Shown here piece by piece: positions 42,703-52,594 of a stretch of DNA of 64,000 bases. The stretch's first letter is position 1, and each line of letters opens with the position of its first letter. Source of the stretch: Candidatus Latescibacterota bacterium (GTDB lineage: Bacteria; Latescibacterota; UBA2968; UBA8231); the NCBI GenBank assembly GCA_965197905.1, contig CBDAOB010000004.1, positions 160,001-224,000 on the forward strand. The letters are read 5' to 3'. The notes below the pieces were generated by a model. The model searched no databases and was not told the origin of the DNA. It saw nothing but the letters and a program-made list of their open reading frames with translations. Made by a program: the position numbers and the translations under genes.

Positions 42703-44190
42703 ATGCGACTTCCCGAACCAAAAGCCGAACGTCTGGCGAAGCGCCCCGAACTGCTACGACGACTCGGGGAGATCCTGTGCGAGGATCAGCTGATTCACCG
42801 TCCCGAACAGCTGGCCGTTTACGAGTGCGACGCATTGTCGGCCTATCGCCAGCGGCCGATGGTGGTGGTTCTGGCAAACGACACAGCCGATGTGGTGGGC
42901 ACGCTTCGCACCTGTTCCGAGCTCGAGATTCCACTCGTGCCGTGGGGAGCCGGCACGGGACTCTCGGGTGGTGCCCTCGCTCTCCAGGATGGGGTGATGT
43001 TGAGCCTGGCACGCATGAACCAGGTGATCGACATCGACCTGGACAACCGCACAGCCACGGTCCAACCAGGGGTCACCAATCTTGCCATTACCGAGGCAGT
43101 CAAAGACCGGGGGTTCTACTACGCACCCGATCCGTCGAGCCAACTCGCCTGCACCATAGGAGGCAACGTCGCCGAAAACTCTGGAGGCGTTCACTGCCTC
43201 AAATACGGCGTTACCACCAATAACGTCCTTGGTCTGGAGGTTGTTCTCGTAGACGGCGAGACCGTCAGAATGGGCGGCAAAGCGATGGACCAAGCAGGGT
43301 ATGATCTGCTCGCACTGCTGACCGGTTCGGAGGGTCTTCTCGCCGTAATTACAGAGGTGACGGTGAGATTGTTGCGCCGGCCGGAAACCGCGCGAGCGAT
43401 CATGGCCGTCTTCGATTCGATAGAAGCGGCCGGCAAAGCGGTCGCCGACACGATCGGGGCGGGCATGGTACCCGCGGGCATGGAGATTATGGACCGGCTC
43501 TCGATCCGAGCAGTAGAAGGGTTTGTGCACGCCGGTTATCCGACGGATGCGGAATCACTTTTGTTGGTTGAACTGGACGGACCTACCAGCGAAGTGGAAC
43601 AGCAAATAGGAAAGCTCGAAGTCTTGCTGCGTGACAGCGGTGCTCAGGAACTGCGCGTCTCGACGAACGAAGAGGATCGTGTTAAGCTGTGGGCGGGACG
43701 CAAGGCAGCCTTCGGCGCCATGGGCAACGTCAGTCCAGATTACTACTGCATGGACGGGACCATACCGCGGGGCAAACTCCCCGAGGTACTGGGTCGTATC
43801 GGCGAACTCAGCAAGAGTTTCGGTTTGCGCGTAGCCAACGTGTTTCACGCCGGAGACGGCAATCTTCACCCCCTGGTGCTGTACGACGGGAACGTGCCCG
43901 GTGAATTGGAAAAGGCCGAGACCCTAGGTGCCGAGATCTTGAAATATTGTGTGGAGGTGGGAGGTGTGCTGAGTGGTGAGCACGGCGTCGGCATCGAGAA
44001 ACGAGATCTCATGCCTTGCATGTTTGCGGATGCCGATCTGGATACCCAAGAGCGGGTTAAAGCGGCTTTCGATCCGCTGGGACTGTTGAATCCCGGTAAG
44101 GTTTTTCCCCAGCTGCGCCATTGCGTGGAAGGTGGTCGCATGCACGTACACGGGGACGACATGCAGTTTGAACATCTCGAGCGCTACTGA
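42703..44190 (+). CDS. glcD: glycolate oxidase subunit GlcD-like FAD-linked oxidase
   Basis: GAGTGLSGG, PDPSSQLACTIGGN, GSEG, HAGDGNLHP, GEHGVG, LLNPGK. Confidence 0.9.
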   Translation: MRLPEPKAERLAKRPELLRRLGEILCEDQLIHRPEQLAVYECDALSAYRQRPMVVVLANDTADVVGTLRTCSELEIPLVPWGAGTGLSGGALALQDGVMLSLARMNQVIDIDLDNRTATVQPGVTNLAITEAVKDRGFYYAPDPSSQLACTIGGNVAENSGGVHCLKYGVTTNNVLGLEVVLVDGETVRMGGKAMDQAGYDLLALLTGSEGLLAVITEVTVRLLRRPETARAIMAVFDSIEAAGKAVADTIGAGMVPAGMEIMDRLSIRAVEGFVHAGYPTDAESLLLVELDGPTSEVEQQIGKLEVLLRDSGAQELRVSTNEEDRVKLWAGRKAAFGAMGNVSPDYYCMDGTIPRGKLPEVLGRIGELSKSFGLRVANVFHAGDGNLHPLVLYDGNVPGELEKAETLGAEILKYCVEVGGVLSGEHGVGIEKRDLMPCMFADADLDTQERVKAAFDPLGLLNPGKVFPQLRHCVEGGRMHVHGDDMQFEHLERY

Positions 44191-44255
44191 TGCCCCTGGT
44201 TCTCTTCCTCCATGGTAGCTAGGTCCTCGGGCGATTCGCCCGCTAACACCCCGTA

Positions 44256-45419
44256 ATGGATAAATCAATTCTGTCCTTCCGCCCCGACACCACCGATGCG
44301 GTGACGGAGACCGTGCGCACGGCGTTGGCGGAAAGCAGCCCCCTCGCGATAAGCGGCGGCAACACCAAGTCGCATCTTGGACGTAGGGTCCCCGGGTTGA
44401 CGCCGCTGGATATGTCCCGGCTTTCGGGCGTTGTGGACTATGAACCGGCCGAGCTCATCCTCATCGCGAAACCGGGAACGAGATTGAGCGAGTTGGAGAC
44501 GATGTTGGAGGGGGAAGGCCAGCGCTTTGCTTTCGAACCTCCAAGCTGGGGGGCCGCGGCCACCATAGGTGGTACCGTTGCCTGCAATCTGTCGGGCCCG
44601 CGGCGATTCAAAGCAGGGGCACTACGAGACCATCTACTGGGCATCGAGATGGTGAACGGCCATGGAGAGCGGGTGCGAGCCGGGGGGCGGGTGGTCAAGA
44701 ATGTTACCGGCTACGATCTCGCCCGGGTGCTTGCGGGCTCGTTCGGCACCTTGGGCGTTCTCACCGAGGTCTGCCTCAAGGTGTTGCCCGCGGCTAAGTG
44801 TGAGCACACCCTCTGCGTTTCTGATATGACACCTAACGAAGCGTTGGAATACATGCTGTCATGGGCTGCTCTCCCCTTGGAGATAACGGGAATGGCGTAT
44901 TCGCCTGCTGCCGGTCTGCGCGTCCGCGTCGAAGGAGCAGGAAGAGCGGTCCAGTTGCAGGTGGACCGTCTGAAGCGGCTTTGCTCGGCGGAGACCGGGC
45001 TTTTGGACAACAACGCCTCGAGCGAATTCTGGCGCCAATGGCGAGAGTTGGAATGGCTGCAGCCGGCCGAACGCGAGCAGCGCTGGCGGTTTTCATGTCC
45101 ACCTGCACGGGCGTCGCGGTTGATGGAGGCGCTACGGGCACATGGGCTGCAGACCTATGGATTCGACTGGGCGGGCGGCTTGCTTTGGGGCCTCTTTCCC
45201 ACGGAAGCTGAAATTGGCGTGATTCACCGCACCGCCGTTCGACACGAAGCCATCGCCTGGCGTTTCGCGAGCGGGAACGGAGGACGCAACGAAGAGGCTT
45301 TTACACCACCGTGCGGCCCCGTGGTTCGCATGAACCAGACCCTAAAACGGGCGCTCGACCCCCAGGCCATCTTCAATCCCGGACGTATTTCCGCCCTCGA
45401 CGAAGTTCAGCCGGTGTAA
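44256..45419 (+). CDS. glcE: glycolate oxidase subunit GlcE-like
   Basis: GVVDYEPAEL, GGRVVKNVTGYDL, GSFGTLG, FNPGR. Confidence 0.88.
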   Translation: MDKSILSFRPDTTDAVTETVRTALAESSPLAISGGNTKSHLGRRVPGLTPLDMSRLSGVVDYEPAELILIAKPGTRLSELETMLEGEGQRFAFEPPSWGAAATIGGTVACNLSGPRRFKAGALRDHLLGIEMVNGHGERVRAGGRVVKNVTGYDLARVLAGSFGTLGVLTEVCLKVLPAAKCEHTLCVSDMTPNEALEYMLSWAALPLEITGMAYSPAAGLRVRVEGAGRAVQLQVDRLKRLCSAETGLLDNNASSEFWRQWRELEWLQPAEREQRWRFSCPPARASRLMEALRAHGLQTYGFDWAGGLLWGLFPTEAEIGVIHRTAVRHEAIAWRFASGNGGRNEEAFTPPCGPVVRMNQTLKRALDPQAIFNPGRISALDEVQPV

Positions 45420-45451
45420 GTCTCCCGCTGTGTTCACTCGGCGCCGCTGCG

Positions 45452-45480
45452 TTGACACCCGGTAACCCAATCCTTAGCAT
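45452..45480 (+). promoter_or_regulatory. putative sigma70 promoter
   Basis: TTGACA, 17 bp, TAGCAT. Confidence 0.5.
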
Positions 45481-45546
45481 TTCGATTTCCCGCGTCAGAA
45501 CGCGAAGACTGTCCGTTCCAACCACTCCAAAACTAATCCTCTGTAG

Positions 45547-46515
45547 ATGGACCGATTTCTAGCTCCCGTCCAACGAGAAATGCAGAGCGTCGAAGAATGC
45601 CTGGACGCCGCTTTGAAGTCGGATGTGGCGATGGTCCACGAGATCGCACGCTATATGTCGACCATGAAGGGGAAGCGTCTGCGTCCGGCGCTGGCGCTCC
45701 TCGGGGCCAAAGCAACCGAATCCTGGGACGACCGGATCATCGAGGGCGCCGCGGCCGTGGAGATGATCCACGCGGCAACCATGATTCATGATGACGTGGT
45801 CGATTCGGCGACCATGCGACGGGGAAAGTCCTCCGTCAACTCGGTGTGGAGCGGCCAGGTAGCCGTTCTCATGGGCGACTTTCTGCTAGCCAGGGCTCTC
45901 GGCATGCTCGTCGATCTGGGCAATCTCGACGCGCTCGGAGCGGTGGCACGGGCGACGGAACGACTCAGTCAGGGCGAGATCTTCGAGATCCAGATCAGCC
46001 GCGAAACCGACACCAGTCGCGCATCGTATTTTGCGATGGTGGGTGACAAGACCGCTTCCCTGATCGCCGCCGCCTGTAAACTGGGACCCCACCTTGCAGG
46101 TGCGTCGCCGGCGGCCACCAAAGCCATGGGCGAGTACGGCGAGGCCCTGGGGTTGGCCTTTCAGATAGCTGACGATGTACTCGATTTCACCGGCGATGCG
46201 TCGACTCTGGGAAAGCCGGTGGGGCACGACCTGCAAGAGGGCAAGATCACCCTGCCTCTCATAATGGCTCTCGGCGATGCGCCCCCCGCGGAACGAACCC
46301 AGGTCGAAGAAATCCTCGAAAAGCCGCAGAAGTCCCCTGAAGAATGGGCCAGAGTCGTCCGCTTCGTCGATGAAGGTGGTGGAGTTGACGCGGCGCGGCA
46401 GCTGGCTTTGGAATATGCCGACAAGGCGCAGACCTGTCTGCGTGAGCTACCCTCCTCTCCAGCGCGAGACGTGCTCGAATTGGGCGTGCGACTCGTCGTG
46501 AACCGCAACAGCTGA
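45547..46515 (+). CDS. polyprenyl diphosphate synthase (IspB-like)
   Basis: GKRLRP, HDDVVD...RRG, FQIADDVLD, GKITLP. Confidence 0.93.
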   Translation: MDRFLAPVQREMQSVEECLDAALKSDVAMVHEIARYMSTMKGKRLRPALALLGAKATESWDDRIIEGAAAVEMIHAATMIHDDVVDSATMRRGKSSVNSVWSGQVAVLMGDFLLARALGMLVDLGNLDALGAVARATERLSQGEIFEIQISRETDTSRASYFAMVGDKTASLIAAACKLGPHLAGASPAATKAMGEYGEALGLAFQIADDVLDFTGDASTLGKPVGHDLQEGKITLPLIMALGDAPPAERTQVEEILEKPQKSPEEWARVVRFVDEGGGVDAARQLALEYADKAQTCLRELPSSPARDVLELGVRLVVNRNS

Positions 46516-46519
46516 AGCG

Positions 46520-47527
46520 ATGAAGACCAGGTTGCTCATGGCGGCGGCCGGTCTTCTCCTCATCATATATCTGCTACCCAGCTGGCGAGAAGCCGGCCCT
46601 GTGCGTCGAGCCCATGTGGCGATGGGTACCCTGGTTACCGTCAAGCTATACGGCGACCGGGAAACGTCCCTGGTCGCAATGGAGTCCGGCACCGCCGAGA
46701 TCGACCGCATCGAATCGATCATGAGTCACTACTCCGCTGCCAGCGAGCTGGCCCGGGTGGAGTCTTTGGCGGCGATCTCGGCCACGGCTTGCTCCCCGGA
46801 ATTGGCTCAGGTCATCCGGCGATCGCAAGAGCTTGCCAGCTCCAGTGGCGGCGCGTTCGACATCACGGTCGGTGCGTTCTCCCGCCTGTGGAACTTCCCC
46901 GACGGCAACACGGTGCCCCCACTGGCGGCGCTCCAGTCCGCGAGCGGAAAGGTGGATTTTCGCCTGGTGCACCTCGAGGGTAATAGACTGCGATTGCAAA
47001 CAGCGGGCATGAGCCTGGATCTGGGCGCGGCCGCCAAGGGATACGCGGTCGACCGCGCGGCGACGACGTTTCAACGGCACGGGGTGACCTGCGGACTGAT
47101 CGAGGCGGGTGGCGATATCCGCTACTGGGGCCGCAAGCCGGACGGTTCCTCCTGGCGCTTCGGCATTCAGCATCCGCGGCGGCCGGATGAGATTATTGAA
47201 GCGGAGGATATCGGCTTGAGTGCTCTGGCCACGTCGGGGGACTACGAGCAGTTTTTCGAATTCGAAGGCCGACGATTTCACCACATCCTCGACCCCGCTA
47301 CGGGATACCCGTCGCGCGCCTCGACCAGCGCTACCGTCTGGGCAGACAACGCGATGGACGCCGATATTCTCGCCACCGCCGCCTTCGTGATGGGTCCGTC
47401 CGACGCCATTTCGTGGATCGAGTCCCTGCCGCGGACGGAAGCTCTCATCTTTTTCGAACGGGAGGGAGTGTTGGACCACCGCGTAACCAGTGGCGTCGAG
47501 GGCCGCTTACGCTTCGCGCAGCCGTGA
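46520..47527 (+). CDS. apbE: FAD:protein FMN transferase
   Basis: AMGT, DLGAAAKGYAVD, ATSGDYE, HHILDP. Confidence 0.92.
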   Translation: MKTRLLMAAAGLLLIIYLLPSWREAGPVRRAHVAMGTLVTVKLYGDRETSLVAMESGTAEIDRIESIMSHYSAASELARVESLAAISATACSPELAQVIRRSQELASSSGGAFDITVGAFSRLWNFPDGNTVPPLAALQSASGKVDFRLVHLEGNRLRLQTAGMSLDLGAAAKGYAVDRAATTFQRHGVTCGLIEAGGDIRYWGRKPDGSSWRFGIQHPRRPDEIIEAEDIGLSALATSGDYEQFFEFEGRRFHHILDPATGYPSRASTSATVWADNAMDADILATAAFVMGPSDAISWIESLPRTEALIFFEREGVLDHRVTSGVEGRLRFAQP

Positions 47528-47595
47528 CATTTTTCTTATGTTACAAGTTTTGAACCGGATCAAAAGCACCACGTGAAGAGAGTTCTTAAGACACC

Positions 47596-50160
47596 ATGAC
47601 GAAACACTGGAAGCCGATTCTAATCATCGGTCTTATCGCCGCCGCGGTGGTGTATCTCTACCCCAGCCTGCAATTCTACGGCATGAGTTCGGCGGAACGC
47701 ACGCTGATGGGAACCTCCTCACCCGAGCGTCTCGCCGATCTGCACAGAAGATCTCTCAATCTCGGTCTGGATTTGCAGGGCGGGATCCATCTCGTGTTGG
47801 AGGTAGACCTCAGCGAACTTCCGGAAGAGGAAGCCCTGGATGCCGTCGACCGCGCGCAGGAGGTCATTCGAAATCGAATCGACCAGTTCGGCGTCGCCGA
47901 ACCCACCATCCAGCGCCAGGGCGACAACCGCATTATCGTTGAGCTTCCCGGCGTCCAGAATGTGCAGCGGGCAAAGGATCTCGTAGGCCAAACGGCGCTG
48001 CTGGAGTTCCAGCTGCTTGAAACCGAATCTGAGCGCGATCGCGTGATACAGCGGGTGGACGCGGTTTTGGACACCGAATCGGGAACCGCCTTTTCCGACA
48101 CCTCGGAAAGCGTGTCGGAAACGGGACTGTTCGAGGAATCGGAGGAGGTGGACGAGCCGTTGGAGACGCGGACGCTGAGCTCGCTGCTGGCCCCAATTGG
48201 CGAAGATCTGGCTTTTTCCGCCAAGAGCCTTCCCCGAATCCGGTCCATCTTGGGGGATCCTTCGACGGCGGAGATCCTGCCCAACGACATGGAGTTTGTC
48301 CACAGTAGCAAGCCGGAGGGACCTGAAGGAAACAGGTATTACCGCCTGTATCTGGTGCGCAAGAAGCCGGAGATGACCGGCAACGTAGTGCAGGATGCCT
48401 TTGTCTCTTTCGGCCAAAGCGTCGAATACCTGGGTCAGCCGATCGTCAATTTCACGACCACGGATGATGGGGTGCGGCTCTTCGCCCGCATCACCGGCTC
48501 ACACGTCGGCGATCGCCTGGCGATCGTACTTGACGGGACGGTCTATTCGGCGCCCACGATTCAAACGCGGATCCCGAACGGACGCTCGATCATTACCGGA
48601 AGCACCGATGAGGCGGAGGCAAAAGATCTGGCTATCGTTCTGCGTGCCGGCGCCCTGCCCGCCAAGGTCGAAATCATCGAGGACCGCACCGTCGGTCCGT
48701 CTTTGGGTCGGGACTCCATCCAACAGGGGAAAACGGCAGCGACCTACAGCATGATCCTCGTAGTTGTTTTCATGCTGCTCTACTATCGTCTCGCGGGTCT
48801 CCTAGCTGACATCGCGTTGAGTTTGAATATCCTCTTCGTACTAGGGGTTCTTTCCGGCTTTCACGCCACGTTGACTCTTCCAGGCATCGCGGGAATCATT
48901 CTGACTATCGGCATGGCCGTCGATGCCAACGTGCTCATATTCGAACGGATCAGGGAAGAGCTGCGATCCGGAAAAACCGTACGCGCCGCCATCGACAGCG
49001 GGTACAACAACGCTCTGTCTGCCATCATCGACGCCAACCTGACAACCCTCATGGTGGGGATCGTGTTGTATCAGTTCGGCACCGGGCCGATTCGCGGATT
49101 CGCGTTGACGTTGTGCATCGGCATTATCTCCAGCTTGTTTACCGCGTTTTTCGTTACCCGAACCTTATTTGACCTGATTACCCGCGGCCGGCAGTCAGAC
49201 AGTCTCAGCATCGGTCCGCTGGCCCTGTTCTCGGGATTGCGCTTCAGGTTTTTGTCCATGCGCAAGGCGGCGGCCACGATTTCCCTGGCCGTCTTCGGAC
49301 TGGGACTGGTCTCCGTAGTCGGAATCAACGGTGTGCCTCTTGGCATCGACTTCGCCGGCGGCACGCTCCTCGAGGTTCACTTCGAGCCGGCGGTGGCAGT
49401 CAAAGATATCCGCGCCAAGATGGCCGACGTCCTCGTGGACGACAAGATTCTCGACCTCAGTTCGAGCGAAATCAAACAGTTCGGCTCCGAGAACGACATC
49501 TTGATTCGCACCGCCGAAAGCGAGACTGGCACGGATGTCGCCGACGGCATCAAACAGGTTTTGAAGTCCGGTTTCGCGTCGAACATACCGGACGAGCTGG
49601 AATGGATCCGCCGGCAGGAGAAGGTGGGGCCGAAGATCGGCACCGAGTTGAGCGAGGCCGCCGTCAAGGCGGTGTTGGTTTCGCTCTTGCTGATTTTAAT
49701 CTACATGGCCTGGAGATTCCACCGTTTTCTCTACGGCATAGCCGCTGTCATTGCCTTGTTTCATGACGTCCTCATTACCGTGGGGCTGCTTTCGATCTTC
49801 AATATCGAGATAACCCTCGCCGTGGTCGCGGCCTTGCTGGCCATCGTGGGGTATTCGCTGAACGACACCATCGTCGTTTTCGATCGCATCCGCGAAAACC
49901 TGCACACGACGCGCAAGGAGGGTTTCGCCGCAACCCTGGACCTCAGCGTAAACGAGTGCCTGAGCAGAACGCTGGTGACGTCTGTAACGACGTTGATGGC
50001 GGTGTTGGTGTTGATGGTTTGGGGAGGGGAGGTCAACAGGGACTTCACCATAACGCTGATGATCGGCGTCTTGATCGGAACCTACTCTTCCGTATTCATC
50101 GCTACCCCCGCTGTATACCTCGGTCAGATCTACTCCGAGCAAAAGGAGAAGAAGGGATAG
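47596..50160 (+). CDS. secDF: fused protein translocase subunit SecDF
   Basis: LGLDLQGG, GMAVDANVLIFERIREE, GIDFAGG, GYSLNDTIVVFDRIRE. Confidence 0.96.
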   Translation: MTKHWKPILIIGLIAAAVVYLYPSLQFYGMSSAERTLMGTSSPERLADLHRRSLNLGLDLQGGIHLVLEVDLSELPEEEALDAVDRAQEVIRNRIDQFGVAEPTIQRQGDNRIIVELPGVQNVQRAKDLVGQTALLEFQLLETESERDRVIQRVDAVLDTESGTAFSDTSESVSETGLFEESEEVDEPLETRTLSSLLAPIGEDLAFSAKSLPRIRSILGDPSTAEILPNDMEFVHSSKPEGPEGNRYYRLYLVRKKPEMTGNVVQDAFVSFGQSVEYLGQPIVNFTTTDDGVRLFARITGSHVGDRLAIVLDGTVYSAPTIQTRIPNGRSIITGSTDEAEAKDLAIVLRAGALPAKVEIIEDRTVGPSLGRDSIQQGKTAATYSMILVVVFMLLYYRLAGLLADIALSLNILFVLGVLSGFHATLTLPGIAGIILTIGMAVDANVLIFERIREELRSGKTVRAAIDSGYNNALSAIIDANLTTLMVGIVLYQFGTGPIRGFALTLCIGIISSLFTAFFVTRTLFDLITRGRQSDSLSIGPLALFSGLRFRFLSMRKAAATISLAVFGLGLVSVVGINGVPLGIDFAGGTLLEVHFEPAVAVKDIRAKMADVLVDDKILDLSSSEIKQFGSENDILIRTAESETGTDVADGIKQVLKSGFASNIPDELEWIRRQEKVGPKIGTELSEAAVKAVLVSLLLILIYMAWRFHRFLYGIAAVIALFHDVLITVGLLSIFNIEITLAVVAALLAIVGYSLNDTIVVFDRIRENLHTTRKEGFAATLDLSVNECLSRTLVTSVTTLMAVLVLMVWGGEVNRDFTITLMIGVLIGTYSSVFIATPAVYLGQIYSEQKEKKG

Positions 50161-50247
50161 TGTGAGTTTCGGGTTCCTTCTCGCAGACCGGAATTCGGCG
50201 AATGGATGGGGTCGTCCTACAAAGGGCTACCCCATTTTCGTTGTCAG

Positions 50248-51504
50248 ATGAAAGCTCTCGTAATCTTCAGCTTCGTCATCGTGTTGGGTGCTTTCGGTCC
50301 CCAGCGAGCCATAACCAGCAATCTGGATCCCTTGTGGATTCTGGGCATGGCGGGGATAGTAGCGTTTCTCTTCCACCAAATCTGTCAACGGCTGCATCTT
50401 GCACCCGTCGCCGGGTGGTTGTGCGCCGGCGTGGTTCTCGGTGTCGGGGGGTTGAAAATCCTGACGCCGGGGATCTCGTTTCCGATGTCTCACGCGTTCG
50501 CCATGGTGGCAGCCTGGGTCGGATTCGACGTCGGAATCAGATTGCGTTGGCAGCCACCGACTCGTTGGTCGCTGTTTATTGCCATCGCTGTAAACGGTTG
50601 CCTCACCGGAGCGCTGGTCGCAGTGGCCCTGGTTCTTCTGCTCCAAACACCCCTCTGGGTAGCGCTTGTGTTTGGGGCCTTTGCAAGCCTTTGGGGCCCT
50701 ATCTTTTCGTCGGCCAACAGCGCCGCGGACGACGAGGTGCTTCTCGTCTCGATGATCGGAACGGGGGTCGGCCTGGCATTTCTGATCTTCCTGATGGCCA
50801 TCTCCTACACCCACGGACCGTTCGGGAACGCGGCTCTGCAATTCGCTGGGAAACTCGGTCTTTCCCTCGCGTGCGGCGCACTGGCTGGCGAGGTCATCAG
50901 AAGTCTGCGGTTCTTTTCCTCGCGCCCCTCCGCGCTTTCCGTTTCCTTGGTTGGAGTCGCGATCGTAGCTGCCGCCGTTATCGCCCAGACCGGTCTCTTT
51001 GCTGTGCTGTTCGGGTTGACCGCCGGAGCCAGTCTCTCTTGGAGTCCCGAGATATCCCGTCGAAGTCGTGCGGTTTTTGACACCTCTCGGCCGATCGCGT
51101 TTATGATCTTCTTCGCCCTGATCGGTGCTTCGATAGATCCTGCCTCCTTTATCAAGCCGCCCCAAGGTTTCGTTCAGATCTTTGCGATTCAGATAGTCGC
51201 GCTGGTAATTGCGCGGATTCTATTTCCGCGCTTGTCGCGCTTTCTCGCAATTGGCGGCGGACAGCGGACGTGGATGTGGATCCCGCGGGGCGTACTCTTG
51301 TTCGAACTGGCGACTCACCTTCATGAGACAGCCACCGGCATGCTGCCCGACCCCTGGCCTCTTTTGCTGCGGCAGGTGGTGCATGCCGAGATCCTCCTGC
51401 ACGGGCTGGTAATCGCGCCAATAGCCTTGGCGTTGTCGCCGCGCCGCCGGCGGGAAGATCTGGCACCGGAGGGCAATCTCGCGCCGGCGTTCGATAGCGG
51501 CTGA
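50248..51504 (+). CDS. multi-pass membrane protein, divergent cation:proton antiporter-like
   Basis: Many hydrophobic segments; FFALIGASID and PRG motifs reminiscent of CPA2 members. Confidence 0.6.
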   Translation: MKALVIFSFVIVLGAFGPQRAITSNLDPLWILGMAGIVAFLFHQICQRLHLAPVAGWLCAGVVLGVGGLKILTPGISFPMSHAFAMVAAWVGFDVGIRLRWQPPTRWSLFIAIAVNGCLTGALVAVALVLLLQTPLWVALVFGAFASLWGPIFSSANSAADDEVLLVSMIGTGVGLAFLIFLMAISYTHGPFGNAALQFAGKLGLSLACGALAGEVIRSLRFFSSRPSALSVSLVGVAIVAAAVIAQTGLFAVLFGLTAGASLSWSPEISRRSRAVFDTSRPIAFMIFFALIGASIDPASFIKPPQGFVQIFAIQIVALVIARILFPRLSRFLAIGGGQRTWMWIPRGVLLFELATHLHETATGMLPDPWPLLLRQVVHAEILLHGLVIAPIALALSPRRRREDLAPEGNLAPAFDSG

Positions 51505-51603
51505 CAAGGCGCCTGCCGGCCTTATCTCCGGTCATTTGCTATGGATCTCAGGCGAATTGTGTCTGTTTTGCTAACGGGCTATATTGAATAATTCCATTTT
51601 TTT

Positions 51604-52290
51604 ATGGAAAAACTCGACAAGAATTGGGCATCGTTGAAGGACCGCATTATGCGGGCCTGCGACCGCACGCAACGCGATTCCGACGAGATCGAGGTCGTCG
51701 CCGTCGGAAAAACCAGAACTGCCGACGAGATCAAAGCGGCGCTGGACTGCGGTCTCCACGTCGTTGGCGAAAACCGGGTTCAGGAAGCTGAAGCCAAATC
51801 CGGTTCTCTGGCAGCCTCGATCTCGTGGCACTTGATCGGGCACCTGCAGCGCAACAAAGCCAAGAAGGCGGCGGCACTGTTCGATATGATCCAATCGCTG
51901 GACAGTTTGCGATTGGCGCAGGCACTGGATCTCCAGGCGCGCGAACTGAACAAAAACCAGGAGGTACTCCTCCAGGTGAACACGTCCGGGGAGGAGAGCA
52001 AGTTTGGGGCGGCCCCGGCCGAGGCGAGAAGCTTGGCGGAGGACCTCGGCGAATGTGCCAATCTCAGGGTTCGCGGTTTGATGACCATTGGCGCGCACAC
52101 CGACGATGAGAATGAGATTCGGACCAGCTTTCGCACGCTTCGAGAAACGGCGGAAGAGCTTCGCGAGATATCCGGGATCGAGATGTCAATTCTATCCATG
52201 GGCATGAGCGGTGACTTCGAGATTGCCATTTCCGAAGGCGCGAACATGATTCGCCTGGGAACGGCTCTCTTCGGTCCGCGGGCTCACTAG
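51604..52290 (+). CDS. yggS: pyridoxal phosphate homeostasis protein
   Basis: VAVGKT, GENRVQE, WHLIGHLQRNK, LSMGMSGD, IRLGTALFG. Confidence 0.95.
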   Translation: MEKLDKNWASLKDRIMRACDRTQRDSDEIEVVAVGKTRTADEIKAALDCGLHVVGENRVQEAEAKSGSLAASISWHLIGHLQRNKAKKAAALFDMIQSLDSLRLAQALDLQARELNKNQEVLLQVNTSGEESKFGAAPAEARSLAEDLGECANLRVRGLMTIGAHTDDENEIRTSFRTLRETAEELREISGIEMSILSMGMSGDFEIAISEGANMIRLGTALFGPRAH

Positions 52291-52297
52291 AGGATGC

Positions 52298-52588
52298 GTG
52301 AACGTGTTTGACTACGGCGGCTTTACCAACGGCGTCATCGGCATCATCACCTCCTTGCTGACTATCTATATGTGGGTCGTCATCATCAGGGTCTTGATCT
52401 CGTGGATCAATCCGGATCCCTACAACCCCATCGTTCAGTTCCTGAGGGGTGTCACCGATCCGGCCATAGATGGGGTGCGGAAGTTGGTGCCGGGATTCCT
52501 CTACTCGACCGGACTGGACTTCTCTCCGCTCATACTGATCTTGCTGCTTCAACTGGTCATTCTCTTTTTGGAGAGTTTTAGATTCTGA
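52298..52588 (+). CDS. yggT: YggT-family membrane protein
   Basis: ISWINPDPYNPIVQFL...TDP, GLDFSP. Confidence 0.93.
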   Translation: MNVFDYGGFTNGVIGIITSLLTIYMWVVIIRVLISWINPDPYNPIVQFLRGVTDPAIDGVRKLVPGFLYSTGLDFSPLILILLLQLVILFLESFRF

Positions 52589-52594
52589 AATTTC

